Shown here in pieces: positions 12,401 through 24,462 of a DNA stretch of 64,000 nt; within the stretch, counting starts at the first letter, position 1, and every line of letters starts with the position of its first letter. The position numbers were made by a program, and so were the translations under genes. The notes under the pieces were generated by a model. The model was not told where the DNA came from and did no database searches. It saw only the letters and a list, made by a program, of their open reading frames with translations. Origin of the DNA: Balanoglossus misakiensis (taxonomy: Eukaryota; Animalia; Hemichordata); assembly GCA_040954595.2 (NCBI GenBank), contig CM082583.2, forward strand, positions 2,861,060 through 2,925,059. The letters are read 5' to 3'.

Positions 12401-14908
12401 CAAAGTTTTTGTCAGTTATCAATAACAAATATAGCAGCTGAATACGTTTTTCTCATTAAAACTTTTTGGTGCTAAAATCAAATTGTCGTCATCTTTCTCA
12501 ACACCCATCACACTTTTGCACATTTTCTCTAAAATTTTGATAAAGACCGGTAGGCAAAGGAAATTTTTGTCCATTTGGTCCAAAATTAGGGGGCATGAGA
12601 GAAAATGCATAAAGCTGAAACATTGTTGCACAAAAATTTTGGGTTAAAATTGTGAGCTGAAAAATATGAACTTTTCATAACATTCGATCGGAAATATTGT
12701 ATTACCGGTACTATCCAATAATGTTTACAAAATCACTGTGGATGAAGTGAAACTGCAATGAATGCATGAAGGGACTGCATTTTTTTTGTCCTGGCTTGTG
12801 AGGACAAAGACTAGCATCTCAAGTGTGAAGCAAAGGCTCTATTTCACAAGGACTAAGTAAGAGCAACACCTGTTGTTACTAAAACTACACATATACACAC
12901 ATGTGTAGTACTACGCTACATATGTTGATGTCACTGACACTGAATATGGCACTAAACACGTTATATACTACAAATGTTACGTAATAACCACCCCCACACA
13001 GACACTTCTTGCACATAAATAAAATAACATTACCTTATTTCAACTTTTGCCTTACAGCCACCTTAAATCTAATAATGTTCAGATTGTGCGTGTCAGCAAC
13101 TATCATGATCATCATATTTTCTCATTTTATTTCTGTGCTAAAAATCAGAGAGAACCTGAATAGACAAAACTTTGACAGGTTGGTGGACATCTTCAGAAAA
13201 CACATAGAATGTACATCTATACCCCTATGTAATAATTCAGCTTATATTATATCATGCTACCGTCCGCCATTCTGATTGGACGAGAGCTCAATCCAGCGAT
13301 GCTAAAATAGTCATATAGCACTGCTGGCAGTGCTAAAACGGGCCCCTGAACTAGCATGCGGTGGTGAAAATGTGCGGTTGAACCACAGTCGCGTCGTGTT
13401 AAACCAAATAAATAAAATGAAAACACCGTTGAATTTACGGACGTTTAATTTTGGAACTGCTGTGTAGGAATATTTGTCACTTTGCCACGCGCGACGCAGG
13501 TCTGGTCACTTTTTGTCGTCTGCTTCATGTTTAATGCTCATTCCCGGCCGCTCGTGTTTACATTCATCGTCGCCGTGTTGGTTCACGATCGTAATTTCTC
13601 TTTCTGACGCCGTTTCGGTAAGATAATGACACTGATATGCCACAAAAACAATTGTTGATATAATATAATAGCAATAATCCCCGCCTCAGTCGGGTATACA
13701 CTCGATTTGGGCTCGTGACGGCTCGTGCTATATGTCTCGAATTGTACCCAAATCTCGTGTATACCCGGGGTTATTGCTTAATTATACCACCTAATTAATA
13801 TCTTAACTACTAGTACATATTAGTGAAAAGCACCAACATTTCATCCCAAACAATTAACAAAAAGCTATACAGAAATGGCTATGTATTGCTGCTTTTTTGT
13901 AAGTGGGTATCTGGAGTAACTTATTCAGTCTTCATGGTGTAGAGTAGAGGGTACAAATCTCTAATCTACACTTGTAGAAGATGAGACTCAAAGGTGCATG
14001 TGACAAGATTGTGTTCCCTTTGCATTTCCAGTTTTAAAATCACTCTAGCTACACAAGTTAAATAATAAACCATATAGACAAAATATATTATGAAATCACG
14101 ATTTGACACATGTATTTAACAACACTTTCCGTCCCTGTAAAAGAAACCTGTGATCAGTCCGGACCGTCGGTGCGGACTTACTAAGGCGTCCCATACACTG
14201 TGACGCATAGCCCTTCATGACCTCAATAAATGCATGGCCTAGACTGACCCAAACACACAACTGCACACGGCATTGACATTTTAATTTTGCTCAAAAAGGA
14301 TACTCTCCTATGTGTTGTTACACGGCGTGGCATACGGTCTATTAAACTGGCACGACCCGATTTCATGTCTTCTAAACCTTGTAGAGCGCTCTGTAACCAG
14401 AAATTTACTGTAAAAATCAAACAGCTCACGAGACAGGCTACAATTCACGACATGGAATAAGATATAAACAGGCACGCAGGTCTACATAACAAAACGAATA
14501 CAAGCCACTCACTAACCTGTAAATCGATAGCGTTACTTCCAATTTGGTTGACATTTGGCAAGGAACCACCGCGATAGGCGCCAAGACTTTGTAGTTGAAG
14601 ATGGTGCGACTTCTGATAGTGTGCCTACAGAACAAACACACCAAACATGAAGAAGTACAATTTTCGACCCACATCTCTGATGACATCTTCGACACACAGA
14701 CATCCAGTCGATGTACGGAAGCATCAGTATCACCACAGCCAAGCTGGAGTCGCCATCTTCGCATCGTTAATGTAAACCATTCACCGAAAAGACTTACCCT
14801 GGCCACACTCGAGACTTCCTTCATAATCTGTTCAAATGCCGCGGTTTCCTCTGCCTGTTTTTGATTGTGAAGGGCGATTTTCTCGCTGAATTTCCTTGGG
14901 TTCGCCAT
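428..14908 (-). CDS. CRTC1: CREB-regulated transcription coactivator (TORC), 5' part; continues beyond the window start
   Basis: Exons with consistent phases and GT-AG ends: 14908-14798, 14624-14517, 14390-14304, 8895-8837, 4451-4342, 3742-3672, 2529-2483, 743-428. Translation shows family motifs [29 protein letters not shown] (CREB-binding domain), [46 protein letters not shown] and [21 protein letters not shown]. Probably the single invertebrate CRTC1/2/3 pro-ortholog. Confidence 0.96.
793..2066. mobile_element. Non-autonomous Tc1/mariner-pogo-type DNA transposon
   Basis: TIRs CAGTAGAACGTCGATTATCCG / CGGATAATTGACGTTCTACTG flanked by TA. It contains a nested hairpin element at 1339-1473. 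Confidence 0.85.
1339..1473. mobile_element. Short hairpin element (GA-mismatch class)
   Basis: Near-perfect palindrome with two TC/TC mismatches on the plus strand (GA/GA on minus) and a GTA loop on minus. Partial copy at ~30855-30935. Confidence 0.8.
2886..3233. mobile_element. Fold-back MITE with TTAA TSD (Kolobok-like AG...CT termini)
   Basis: ttaa-AGGGACAAA...TTTGTCCCT-ttaa, palindromic over its whole length. Related partial copies at ~27880-28180, ~40945-41070 and ~46215-46430. Confidence 0.8.
6157..6775. mobile_element. MITE with TA TSD (pogo/Tigger-like)
   Basis: Perfect 24-bp TIR CCGTAGTTTGCCGGGTAAGAGCCC flanked by TA, with an internal direct repeat GGGGGCTTTAGNCCGGATATGGCCTCGA. 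Confidence 0.88.
9285..9598. mobile_element. Bipartite hairpin element (GA-mismatch class)
   Basis: Hairpin AACACCTATTGCCTGGCC...GGCCAGGCCATAGGTGTT, followed by a second inverted repeat ATAATAAACCTCA...TGAGGTATATTAT. Related fragments at ~49355-49460 and ~63350-63470. Confidence 0.7.
10253..10725. mobile_element. TTAA-type MITE, paralog of 54267-55079
   Basis: Aligns with 54267-55079 and ends in GTTGCAGCTCATGTACCT-ttaa. It lacks the 54705-55000 insert. Confidence 0.7.
13243..13786. mobile_element. Bipartite hairpin element (GA-mismatch class), paralog of 49856-50412
   Basis: Aligns along its length with 49856-50412. Ends are TATATTATATCA and TTATTGCTTAATT; the internal junction is TGATATAATATAATAGCAATAA. 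Confidence 0.8.
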
Positions 14909-14984
14909 GTTGATGGCTTACCAGTATATTACCAGATGAAAAGGAGAATGTTGTCATTCATAGCTGTGTGGGGGGTCTGTCGTA

Positions 14985-15020
14985 TCAGCCAATAGTTTAC
15001 CATAATTTGAGTCACGTGGA
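14985..15020. promoter_or_regulatory. CRTC proximal promoter motifs: CCAAT box and overlapping AP-1/E-box (TGAGTCACGTG)
   Basis: agCCAAT at ~14989 and TGAGTCACGTG at 15008-15018, 80-110 bp upstream of the CRTC ATG. Motif match only. Confidence 0.4.
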
Positions 15021-15298
15021 CGGGTAGCCTCAGCTTCCCGAAAATGGGTTACAGCAGCTAGTTGTTCCAACATTGTTGTGGGAAATAATGTGTAATTGTA
15101 ATGTGCAATGTAGGCTATGTCCTGGGAGCGAAAATCGAACCCAAGTCATGTGCAAACGGACTTATTCAAGCATATCAATGAAAACAACAGGCAATTAAAC
15201 AAAATATACGTTGTCAGAAATTGGGTAATGATTCCATACGCATGCTCTTTCAAGCGTTTATACTAGGCCTGTACCACATTCTGACCATCACTGCTGAA

Positions 15299-15360
15299 TC
15301 CCTGAAGAAGATCCTCAGTGAAGGATCGAAACGTTGGTAAAACAAGTTTTTAACAATAAA
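15299..15360 (+). ncRNA. Minimal hammerhead-ribozyme-like motif of Penelope-like element type (remnant)
   Basis: cc-CTGAAGA-A-GATCC-tcagtgaa-GGATC-GAAAC-GTT-gg, followed by AATAAA at 15355. It has the core boxes, a 5-bp stem II and a palindromic ACGT stem III. Confidence 0.55.
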
Positions 15361-15849
15361 ACTCATCTGTACTCATCGAACTCATCTGTACTATAAATGA
15401 ACTCCGATCCCTCCCCTCCCCCCCCTCTCTCTCTCTTCCTTTCCAACCACTTCCATTTCTCCTCTCTCTCTCTCCCCCCCCCCCCTCCACACCTCCTGGA
15501 AGATTGAGAATGTGGGAGAATATTCATATCCTTTTTACAAATTTTAGCCCTAAACGGAGCCGTTTTTGTGGATTTCATTTCATACCAACTTTTGTTACAG
15601 AGTATTGATGGGTTGAAAATACATCTGAAGTCAACAACATTCAATCGTTTTTATGTATATTTAATTGTATTTAATTCTGTTTTATTCTGTAGAAACTTCT
15701 GCGTGCTTTTCACATTGGATCAAGTTTTAGAGGATCCATTTTTAGCAATACGCTTGAGTTTCACTATAACCGCAGTCTCTAAACAAGTAGGCCTAGTACT
15801 TTTTGTGGTATTCATGGATATTTCTCACATACAAAGTTTTCCATGGTAA

Positions 15850-17457
15850 GGGAGCATTCGTTTTTTACAGGGAGGGGGGGGGGGCGGTGGAAATCAGGGG
15901 GGGGGGGTTTACTTTTACAAAGCAGTTTTTAGGGGGGGACAAATTTTATAATCAATGGTTTTTGGGGGGGGGACAATTTTTACAACAGATTTGTATGGAA
16001 TTATAGCAAAAAACAACAGAATTGACCGTAAAGTGTATAAAATAGAATACGAACATGTCTTTATTCTGTGTGATCAGGTGACAACAAGTACACTTTTGAT
16101 CACAAAAATAACATTTTCAGGCTGTATCATGGCAATATTATGACATACATCACTTTTAAAACTCTTTGGAAACTGGAAAAATAGCTATATTCGGAAATAC
16201 GGATATATGGAGTGTTTGCAAAGATTTTCAGACTTTGTTATCACATACACTCAAACAAACAGGATTATATAGATAAGAACACAAAGATAGATAAGGCTGC
16301 ATTCACAAACACCTCTGGAGGGGGGGCAGGAGAATTGAGGGGGGGTTGAAAAAATTGAGGGTATGTAAGGGGGGATTTGAAATAATTTAGGGACTGAAGG
16401 GGGGGGGACTTGAAAACTTTGACGGCTAAATGTTTATTTTGAGTTCGCAAAAATGCAGTTTCGCGCCCTCCCACACCCACCCCCTCCATTCATCAACACC
16501 TTTCAATCATTGACTGGTTTATCTATAGTGTCCCAGGTCAGGGGACTTGCGCCCACCCCATGATAACTTTGAGCGGCGACGGTTAAATTTGTCCTCCCCA
16601 ACATACCGGTAGTTGAGTTAATTTGCTTTTGCCGGGTTCATTAAAATGCAGCTTTGAGCTCTGTATTATACAAAATTTTCTTACGTGGGAGGGGGACACC
16701 CCCTCCCAAACCCACCCTCTTCAATTCTCGGTTTACAATGTCTCCCAACACTGAATACAAATACTTAAAAAATAAAAACAATGTTCAGTTTTAATACCCA
16801 CTGATGAGGGGAAACATCAGTTTCAAATTCTTTTCATGGGAGTGCTGTTTTTCTTTTTTTACAAGATAGATAGGTGATGTGTTCTCTGTGAAAGAAAATG
16901 GGGGGGGGGGGGATTTCAAAATTTTGGCAGTTCGGAAGAGGGGGATTTGAAAATATTTCGGGTTGTGTACGGGGGGGGGGGGGGCATGTGAAAATTAGCG
17001 GTAAAAAAATTGAATTCTCCCGCCCACCCCCCCCCCCTCCAGAGGTGTTTGTGAATGCAGCCTAAGAACACCAATGGGAACCTAAAAGGAATCTAAAAAC
17101 CCTTGTACAAAGCATTTGTACAAGTTGTATTAAAAAAATACTGTCTATGACATCACGTACAGCTACTGTGGCTATAAGGTAGAGTGTAATGTTAAAAACT
17201 GAATGTAATTCTGAATAGAATCATATGTCAACAATAATAATGGTCAGTCTAAATATCTGACAAAGTTTGATAAGTTTAATCCGGTGGATAAACTTTTTTT
17301 TTGGGGGGGGGGGGAGGGGGGGGTCACATTTTACAATTGAAGAATTTAGGGGGGGACACATTTTAGAAAAGTAATTTCAAGGGGGGGTTGCCTTTTACAT
17401 TTAGTCGGCGACTCAAATTCCACCGGCCCCCCCTCCCTGTAAAAAACGAATGCTCCC
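15850..17457. mobile_element. PIF/Harbinger-type MITE (TAA TSD)
   Basis: TIR GGGAGCATTCGTTTTTTACAGGGAGGGGG with TAA on both sides. It hosts a nested element. Confidence 0.85.
16295..17062. mobile_element. PIF/Harbinger-type MITE nested in 15850-17457
   Basis: TIR GGCTGCATTCACAAACACCTCTGGAGGGGGG with TAA TSD. A full inverted copy lies at 34096-34862. Confidence 0.88.
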
Positions 17458-18905
17458 TAAGTGACCCTGGTTTTTCGTATGAATTGCCAGTCGTCAGTTA
17501 TGATTGCAACTAGCACGGAGCAAAGTAAAGCTGTTCATTTGACATTCGTGTATGAAAAGAATCACGAAAACCTGATTGTAGTTATAGGCCTATTATGCAA
17601 GCGGAGAACAGTATAGGCATACGTATCCAAAGAATGAATTTTCCTTGAGATGAGGACGGGAGGGCCTACGGATAAATCCAAAGTGACTGAATCGGGTGAT
17701 AATAGGCTACTACACTCAACACTTGGCAGTTCAAGTAGGAATACATAGGTTATTGAGTGGCGTGTGTATTTGGAAACAAAACAGGCAGCAACAATTAATT
17801 TAGTTGTGTTTTCGTCTTGACTCAAAGTTGCATAGCTTCTTTCTATCAGTGTACAGTCAATAAAATTGAAAGTATTGTCATTTCTCTTAATTATTATTAT
17901 GGATTTTTGGTTTCTCATTTGTAAGCATAATAACAATTTGTACTCAATGTAAAATAAAGATCACCGCGCTTGTTTTTGAAATAAAAGGCCTTGAATTTAG
18001 TCGATAATTATAATTGACGAAAACTGCTGAGTCAGCATTTTTTCCGCCAGTGGTTTGTCTGTGGACAAAACATATGTAATGAAATGTCATATAATATAAT
18101 ATAATTAAACGGTAAATGAACCAGATCTGAAATAAACATGCACCACGTCACGGTGGTTGCATTGGGTTATATGTCATTATAATGTGTGTATAAGAATACA
18201 TTCAAGAATATACGTTCTGGCCAACGTACGGAACAAACGTCGCTTTTTTACCTTTCTTTGATATCCAGAATATACATGGAATACTTCATAAAATGTCTCA
18301 GTGTACAACATAAGGAAATTCATAACTTCAAAAGTGTTGTATGTAGGCCTACTTGAAAGGTGAAGACAAAATGCCTACTTCAATAAGAATTGGTTCCCAC
18401 AAGCAAGCAAATAAACATGTATGTAGGCCAAATCCATACAGACGCAACCGATCACATAAGGTCCCAGTGATATAATTATATACAAATACCAAATGGGACC
18501 TAAAAGTGAGTGTCCCCTCCCTGCTTTCCATTTTTTGAGCGACCCCCCTCTCTGATTCCTCCGACCCCCCCCCCCCCCCCGGCCGTAAATAATGACGGCT
18601 CCCTAAATATACGTAGGACATAGCTAAAAGGGTCACGAAGATTTTTTGTTTTGGATAATCTATAAATAAAGCATAAAAATGTAAACTGAACAACACAACA
18701 GTGCCCGGATGTACACAGTGCTCAAGCTTTACTATGCATTCGTAAGCATAAAAACGAGAGAATATCGGTTCAAGTGCCCTTTGACACACTATCAGGCAAA
18801 ATCTGGCCCCGAGATCAGCAGTCAGTGAATCGTGTCGTACACCCCATGATATCGGCCTGTACCTCCCTGCCAGGTATAATGAGACGGTCTGAAAAGAGCT
18901 TCTAC

Positions 18906-18961
18906 CCGGAAGTACAAGGGAACTTTGGTCCAAACGACCCGGCATCTGCGTCTGATGCAAC
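18906..18961 (+). promoter_or_regulatory. NARS1 promoter/5' region: ETS site CCGGAAGT and ATF4-type CARE TGATGCAAC
   Basis: CCGGAAGT at 18906-18913 and TGATGCAAC at 18953-18961, inside a CpG-richer stretch just upstream of the proposed ATG at 19028. Confidence 0.5.
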
Positions 18962-19027
18962 GTTGTGTTGGCTGCTGCTGTTCTCAGTAGAGTGTCCCAA
19001 ATTAAAGAGAGCAACACGACTGCAGCG

Positions 19028-22000
19028 ATGGAAGGCGACCACGACAAGGCAGGCATTGGTAAGACTGCACTGATGATCTGTTGGTGAAATTTAATTTTGA
19101 TGGCATCGTCGCGTCGTTGTGACACCAATGCTCATCGTTCCGTCGACATATGGTGGACACGAGGTTTTAATTCAAAATTGAAAGCCAATGACACTGACAA
19201 GTGACATCACTAGTAATTTGCTGGACAGTGGTAATCACAGCTTTGTACATTGCTGATGCTAGATTAGGTGCAGTTGAAACAATGGCAAACAAGGAAAAAC
19301 AGGCATGCAATCCGGAAGTGCTTGGAAGGTTGACACTGGTCCGATTTGAATGGGGCCGGGGTGTGTAGGTACAAAGTAACGCGCGGTGCTGGAGACGTCA
19401 TGGCCGTGTATCTTCTGGCTGCCCCGAAATCAGGCAATCTGCTACGTTCATGTACTTGGCAAGGTTAACACGCCGGCCCTGCCAAGTATGTAGAACACAT
19501 AATTATAGTTAGCAAAAACGTCCTGATTTTCATCTTATATATATATATAAAAATATTATTTTCCACAGCTGGCAAATTTTTCTTCACAGCCGCTCTTTTT
19601 GCCGGATGCTGTCCATTTTCTTCATCCCTGGCCCTGGCTACCTTGCTGCAGTTTTGTAGCCCCACGACTCCCCTAGACGATTCATCAAGGGGAGTCTTGG
19701 GGCAACAAAACTGCAGCAACTGCCTACCATGACCATCCATCCTTGCGTATGGTTTGAACAACTAGCAATTATGGAGACAGATATGACAGACAGACAGATG
19801 GCCAGAGGTGGTCTTTTGTGCTTTTGTATTACATCACAAAAAAGGATGGAGAAAATGACATGCAATTGAAATTTTACCAATTATTAGAAATTTTTATTAG
19901 ATATCATCACAAACCTAATCTTTGGTGTCTACTTTATTTGCATCAGCACAATAAATTATTAAAGGGGAAATCCGCTGTAGCTGATTTCTACATAATTTGG
20001 TAGCTTTGATGTCTCTCTTTCAGAAAAAAACATATTCGCCATGTATAGGTCGCGCGATTTTTTACAAAATCTAGGGAAAGTTGGCAATATGGCGTTTACT
20101 GTAATTTGAATCATGGGAAAAAAAGCGCCAGGGGCAACTTCCGCCCACCATGGTGTGGGTGATACCATTCTCCGATTGGTGTCACTGGTCGACAGACTAG
20201 GCGTATTTTCATAGCTATTGTTTGTTCTTTGCATCAGTTGATAAACAATCATCAGCAAAGTCGAAAATTTGTCATCTATTGACAGTTTTCATGAGCTATA
20301 ACCCATGAAAAATATGCAAATACGCTTAGCTTGTGACACAGTGACACCAATCGGAAAATGGTATCACCCACACCAAGGTGGGCGGAAGTTGGTCCTGGCG
20401 CTTTTTTTCCCATGATTCAAATTACAGTAAACGCCATATTGGAAATTCTGCCAACTTTCCCTACATTTTGTAAAAAATCGCGCGACCTATACATGGCGAA
20501 TATGTTTTTTTCTGAAAGAGAGACATCAAAGCTACCAAATTATGTAGAAATCAGCTACAGCGGATTTCCCCTTTAAGTTCAACTGGAAGACCAGAAAACT
20601 TTGCAAGTGACCTTTGACCGAAGCCCTTCAAAAGTTTACATGTATCTGATGAAATGGCCATGTAACTAGCTCTGAATGAGTTATTCTATATATGGTTGGG
20701 TAATTTATTTGCAATTGAATTCTACATGAAAAAAAAGCTTCTAAATCTATAAATGACAATGTACATTGTACAAAATGTATTTGTGGTATGACTGGCTACT
20801 TCCTTAGCATTAGTTCATGTAACATGAAAACATGAAAACAAATTGTGCAGATTTCTGTAGAAAGCTACAATTTCTGGTTGCTATATCTCTGGGTCCCCTC
20901 AAAATAATTTGCACACTCAGCTGCATTTCTGGTATAAAATGTCACAGCATATTAAATATATAGCTTCTCTTTGTGAGCACGACCACAGAAACAGCAATCT
21001 CCAAAGAAAAGTGAAAAGACACTTTCAGTGAGGCGTAGTATTCTAAGGCTTTTCTTTAGTTTTCTTCAAATCTACCTACACACAGAAGGCAAAGAAAGTT
21101 ATTGATTAAAGAATGTGGTATGTCTTTCAACAGGCACTTGTGTCATGATTTGGTCAACCCTCTTTTTTTCTTTTGTAGTGGTGTTCATACCCAACAGCTC
21201 TGTCAATGCAAATTCAGATTTGAAGTTGTGACATTGAATTATCCTGAGGTCTTGTGTTGTTACAAAGGTCAACTCTTCTGTTAATGCCTCCTTAAGTCTC
21301 CCTAAGATAATTTTTTTTTATTTCAACAGATGAAACTGCTATGCTGTACACATCAGAAAGTAAAGGGATCGATGAAACTGGTGATGGCAGTGAAGCAAAA
21401 CCCTTCAAGACTGTGTTACAGGTAATGTCAATTTGAAACTCCAAGTAATGAGCATACATGCACTGATATTGCAGAGCTATTAATTTCAAAGATCGAAGAA
21501 TTTTCAGATATAAAATCATCAAAAGTTGTTGTTGATGCTGTTATTTGACAGAAATATTTTTAGATGAATGAATTGTGAAGTGTAAAGACAAATAACAGAG
21601 ACCTAATCACTGTTCAAATTTATTGACAGGCTATGAAAGTGTATGGCAAAGAACCTTTTCCAAAGATATATGTGGATGCTAAGAAGGAAGGAGAGGTGAG
21701 ATATAAACCAACCAACCATTCAAGTGGTCGTAACCTTAACAATCTTTGATATAAGTTGTAAAAGTTATGTTTGGGGCACCAGTGTCCAAACTCAACACTA
21801 CAAAAGTCAAGATGAAATATAATATTTTTCAAAATTGGTGCTTCATCAATTGGATACCATAATCAACATTATTCCTAATGCTACTGGGTGTCATACCTGT
21901 TTAGAGTGTCAAGTCCTTTAAAATACATATTTGCCACTTTTTCTTCTAAAACGTATTTTGACTGTCTTGATGTGGCTCTCATACGTACTTAGACACAATA

Positions 22001-24421
22001 GGCAGTCTGAACCCCCTGTAAAATGAACCAAATCGTACTGGTTTGCACTGTATTGGTCTGAGGGTCTTGTATAGGCCCTACTGATTAACACACACTTGGC
22101 AGCGGGCCTTTGAGCCAGGATTCTAGGCACCCTGGAAATCAAACCAGTTTCAACTGACTTGGCAGTGTTAGGGTTAAAAGAAATGCAGTACATGTATGAT
22201 CTCACAAACCCAAATTTATAGTTGTAGAATTCATGATGTTAATTTTTCTTTTGGGTGGATAGCAATGGGAGGAGCTTTCTCTTGCCCAGCGGAAGAAAAT
22301 CACCAAGATGTGGGCAAAGGAACAACGCAAGGCAATTGAGAAAGAAAAGAAGGAGGTATGGAGTAGCTATTTCTGTATGGTCAATGATTGCATTGTCTTC
22401 TTAAGATGCTGTATTTAAAATGTGTCTTCTCTACTGGTAGCCACAAGACTGTACTATTGAACTTTGCTCTGAAACCCTACAAAATGATTAATGTGTGTAT
22501 TGCAGCTGATGCCAACATGGCTGAATTGATATATCACAGGGAACATAGCAAAATCATTGGAGAATTTTGCTCCAAATGTGTATGCTTATTTTACTGTCAG
22601 TGACTTAATTATTTATTATTATGAGAATTTTTTTAGTTGAGCATTATGTAAATAAGGAAAGAATGTATAATGACATAGTGTTGTATGAAATGAGACAATT
22701 GAAGATTTCCACAAAGAAATAATGAACTTTCCACTTCCATTGATTTCAGGCTGAGGATGCAGAAAGACGCGAGAAGAATCTAGCACAAGCCAAGAAAATT
22801 GTAATCAAAGAAGATCCCAATTTACCAACTGCAAAGACTGTGAGTGATTGCTCTTTCAATTTGTCATCCAAAGATTATTAATTTGCACTAGAAATGCAGT
22901 GTTTTATTGAGAAGCTGTAACAACAATACTACAATATCTTCATTACATCCCTCCCCCCAGAAAAAAATCTTGGTACATGTATTTGTTTTCTCCCCATACA
23001 TGTGGATCAGTTTTCGTTTGATCACAAACTTCCATGAACAGACATGAGCGTTCCTGAAAGTTATTATACAGAGAAATGTTTTCTAACACAGGTCAAGATC
23101 CGTGACTGTGAAAACAACAGAAATGGTGTACGTGTCAAAGTTTTTGGATGGGTTCACCGACTACGAAGGCAAGGTAAGATGCTTCAAACATTTCAAAAGA
23201 CCATTTTTGAAAATGCGATTTGTCCAGTTTGATGTTTTATTACAATCATACCCATGCAAAGTGTGCCCTCTAAGTCCATATGACGCGCCACTGACTCAAC
23301 AAACTCACTGGTGACTCGTGAAAGTTATCCACAATGCATGCCAAGGTATAGGGCTAACTCAGAGACATTTTCAGAAATCCTCAAATTGACTCAAAGCTTG
23401 GAGGGCCCAAGCAGCAGTTTTTAGGTCCCATTTGGTATGTACCATGGGACCTTATGGAATCAGTTATGTAGAGTATGTATGGATGTATGTCTGTCTGTAT
23501 GTCCGTCCACATCAAAAACTTGAAAACCGCTTGAAAAATATGCAAATTAGCTTAGAAAATGTGAAATTGGTCAAAACTCAAAAACTCGACAACCACTGGT
23601 CAGATTGATTTGAAAATTGGTAAGCGTGTACCTTACGTCAACCTCATACAGCCCTGTATGTTTTGAGCTAATATTATCGATTTCCTATTTTTTAAGCAAT
23701 TTTTTTTTGCATTTTTCCACATTACTTGTAAAAAATCTTCATTTATGAAAGTGATAGGCCTACTTCTTTGAAATTTAGTATGAAACTTTCTGTAGGTTGT
23801 CTGAGTAACCATAGTTTTGTACAAATTGTTGCAAAATTTGCATATTTATCATTTTGAGCAATTTCTGCCGTTTTTTGTCGAATTTTTTTTCTCTGAAACC
23901 GCTTGTCAGATTGCTTTGAACTGTAGCAGGCATGTTCCTTGTGGTGATTGAAGTAAGCTATTGTACAATTATGGTGATATTTGCATATTTGTGTTTTTGC
24001 CACTTTTGAACAAATATTGTTTCTTTGACAGGCAAAGCATTGATGTTTATTATATTGAGAGATGGTACAGGATATCTACAGTGTGTTTGTTCTGATACAC
24101 TGGTAAGTGACATGGTAAACAAACAAGAAAACTACCTCAATTTCATTTCTGTATTATATGAGCCTGCCTCAATTTTGAGGGGTATACTGTTTTACCAGAT
24201 TCTACAAGTGCATAGTTTGCAGCAGGTCTTGTGTTTTCTGCTGTGCAATGATGCCTCCAAGTGGAGAATGCAACTCACACAGGATCTAAGTTTACCCGGT
24301 GGAGCTTTGCTTGGCTCAAGTCAGACGGATAGATAGGAAATGTGTACAGCCAATGAGGGGGCTATAACAGGGTTTTATCAATTAGCAACCAACCAACCAA
24401 CCAATCAATCAATCAACCAAC

Positions 24422-24462
<41 letters not shown>

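Larger units (their letters stand above)
8896..14303 (-). other. U12-type (minor spliceosome) GT-AG intron 3 of CRTC
   Basis: The 5' end reads GTATCCTTTTTG (U12 consensus GTATCCTT). The 3' end reads gtgacCCTTAACttggctcAG: a U12 branch point about 10 nt from the AG, with no polypyrimidine tract. The phase-0 join HRR|VDASPYG is in frame. Confidence 0.92.

Noticed and set aside
16799-16825. CTGATGA...GAAAC hammerhead-like string
   Set aside because: There is no stem II between the boxes, and the paralogous copy at ~34325 lacks the motif.
18349-19128. 259-aa minus-strand ORF
   Set aside because: It spans the NARS1 promoter/exon 1 antisense and a poly-C repeat remnant, and has no recognisable domain.
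19282-19310. ATGGCAAACAAGGAAAAACAG as NARS1 first exon
   Set aside because: It has no phase-1 GT donor, whereas 19028-19058 has G|GTAAGA in the required phase.
19959-20576. Repeated ORFs MVSPTP...ISYSGFPL (also 41767-41985)
   Set aside because: These are translations of the long TIRs of one MITE family, not a gene family.
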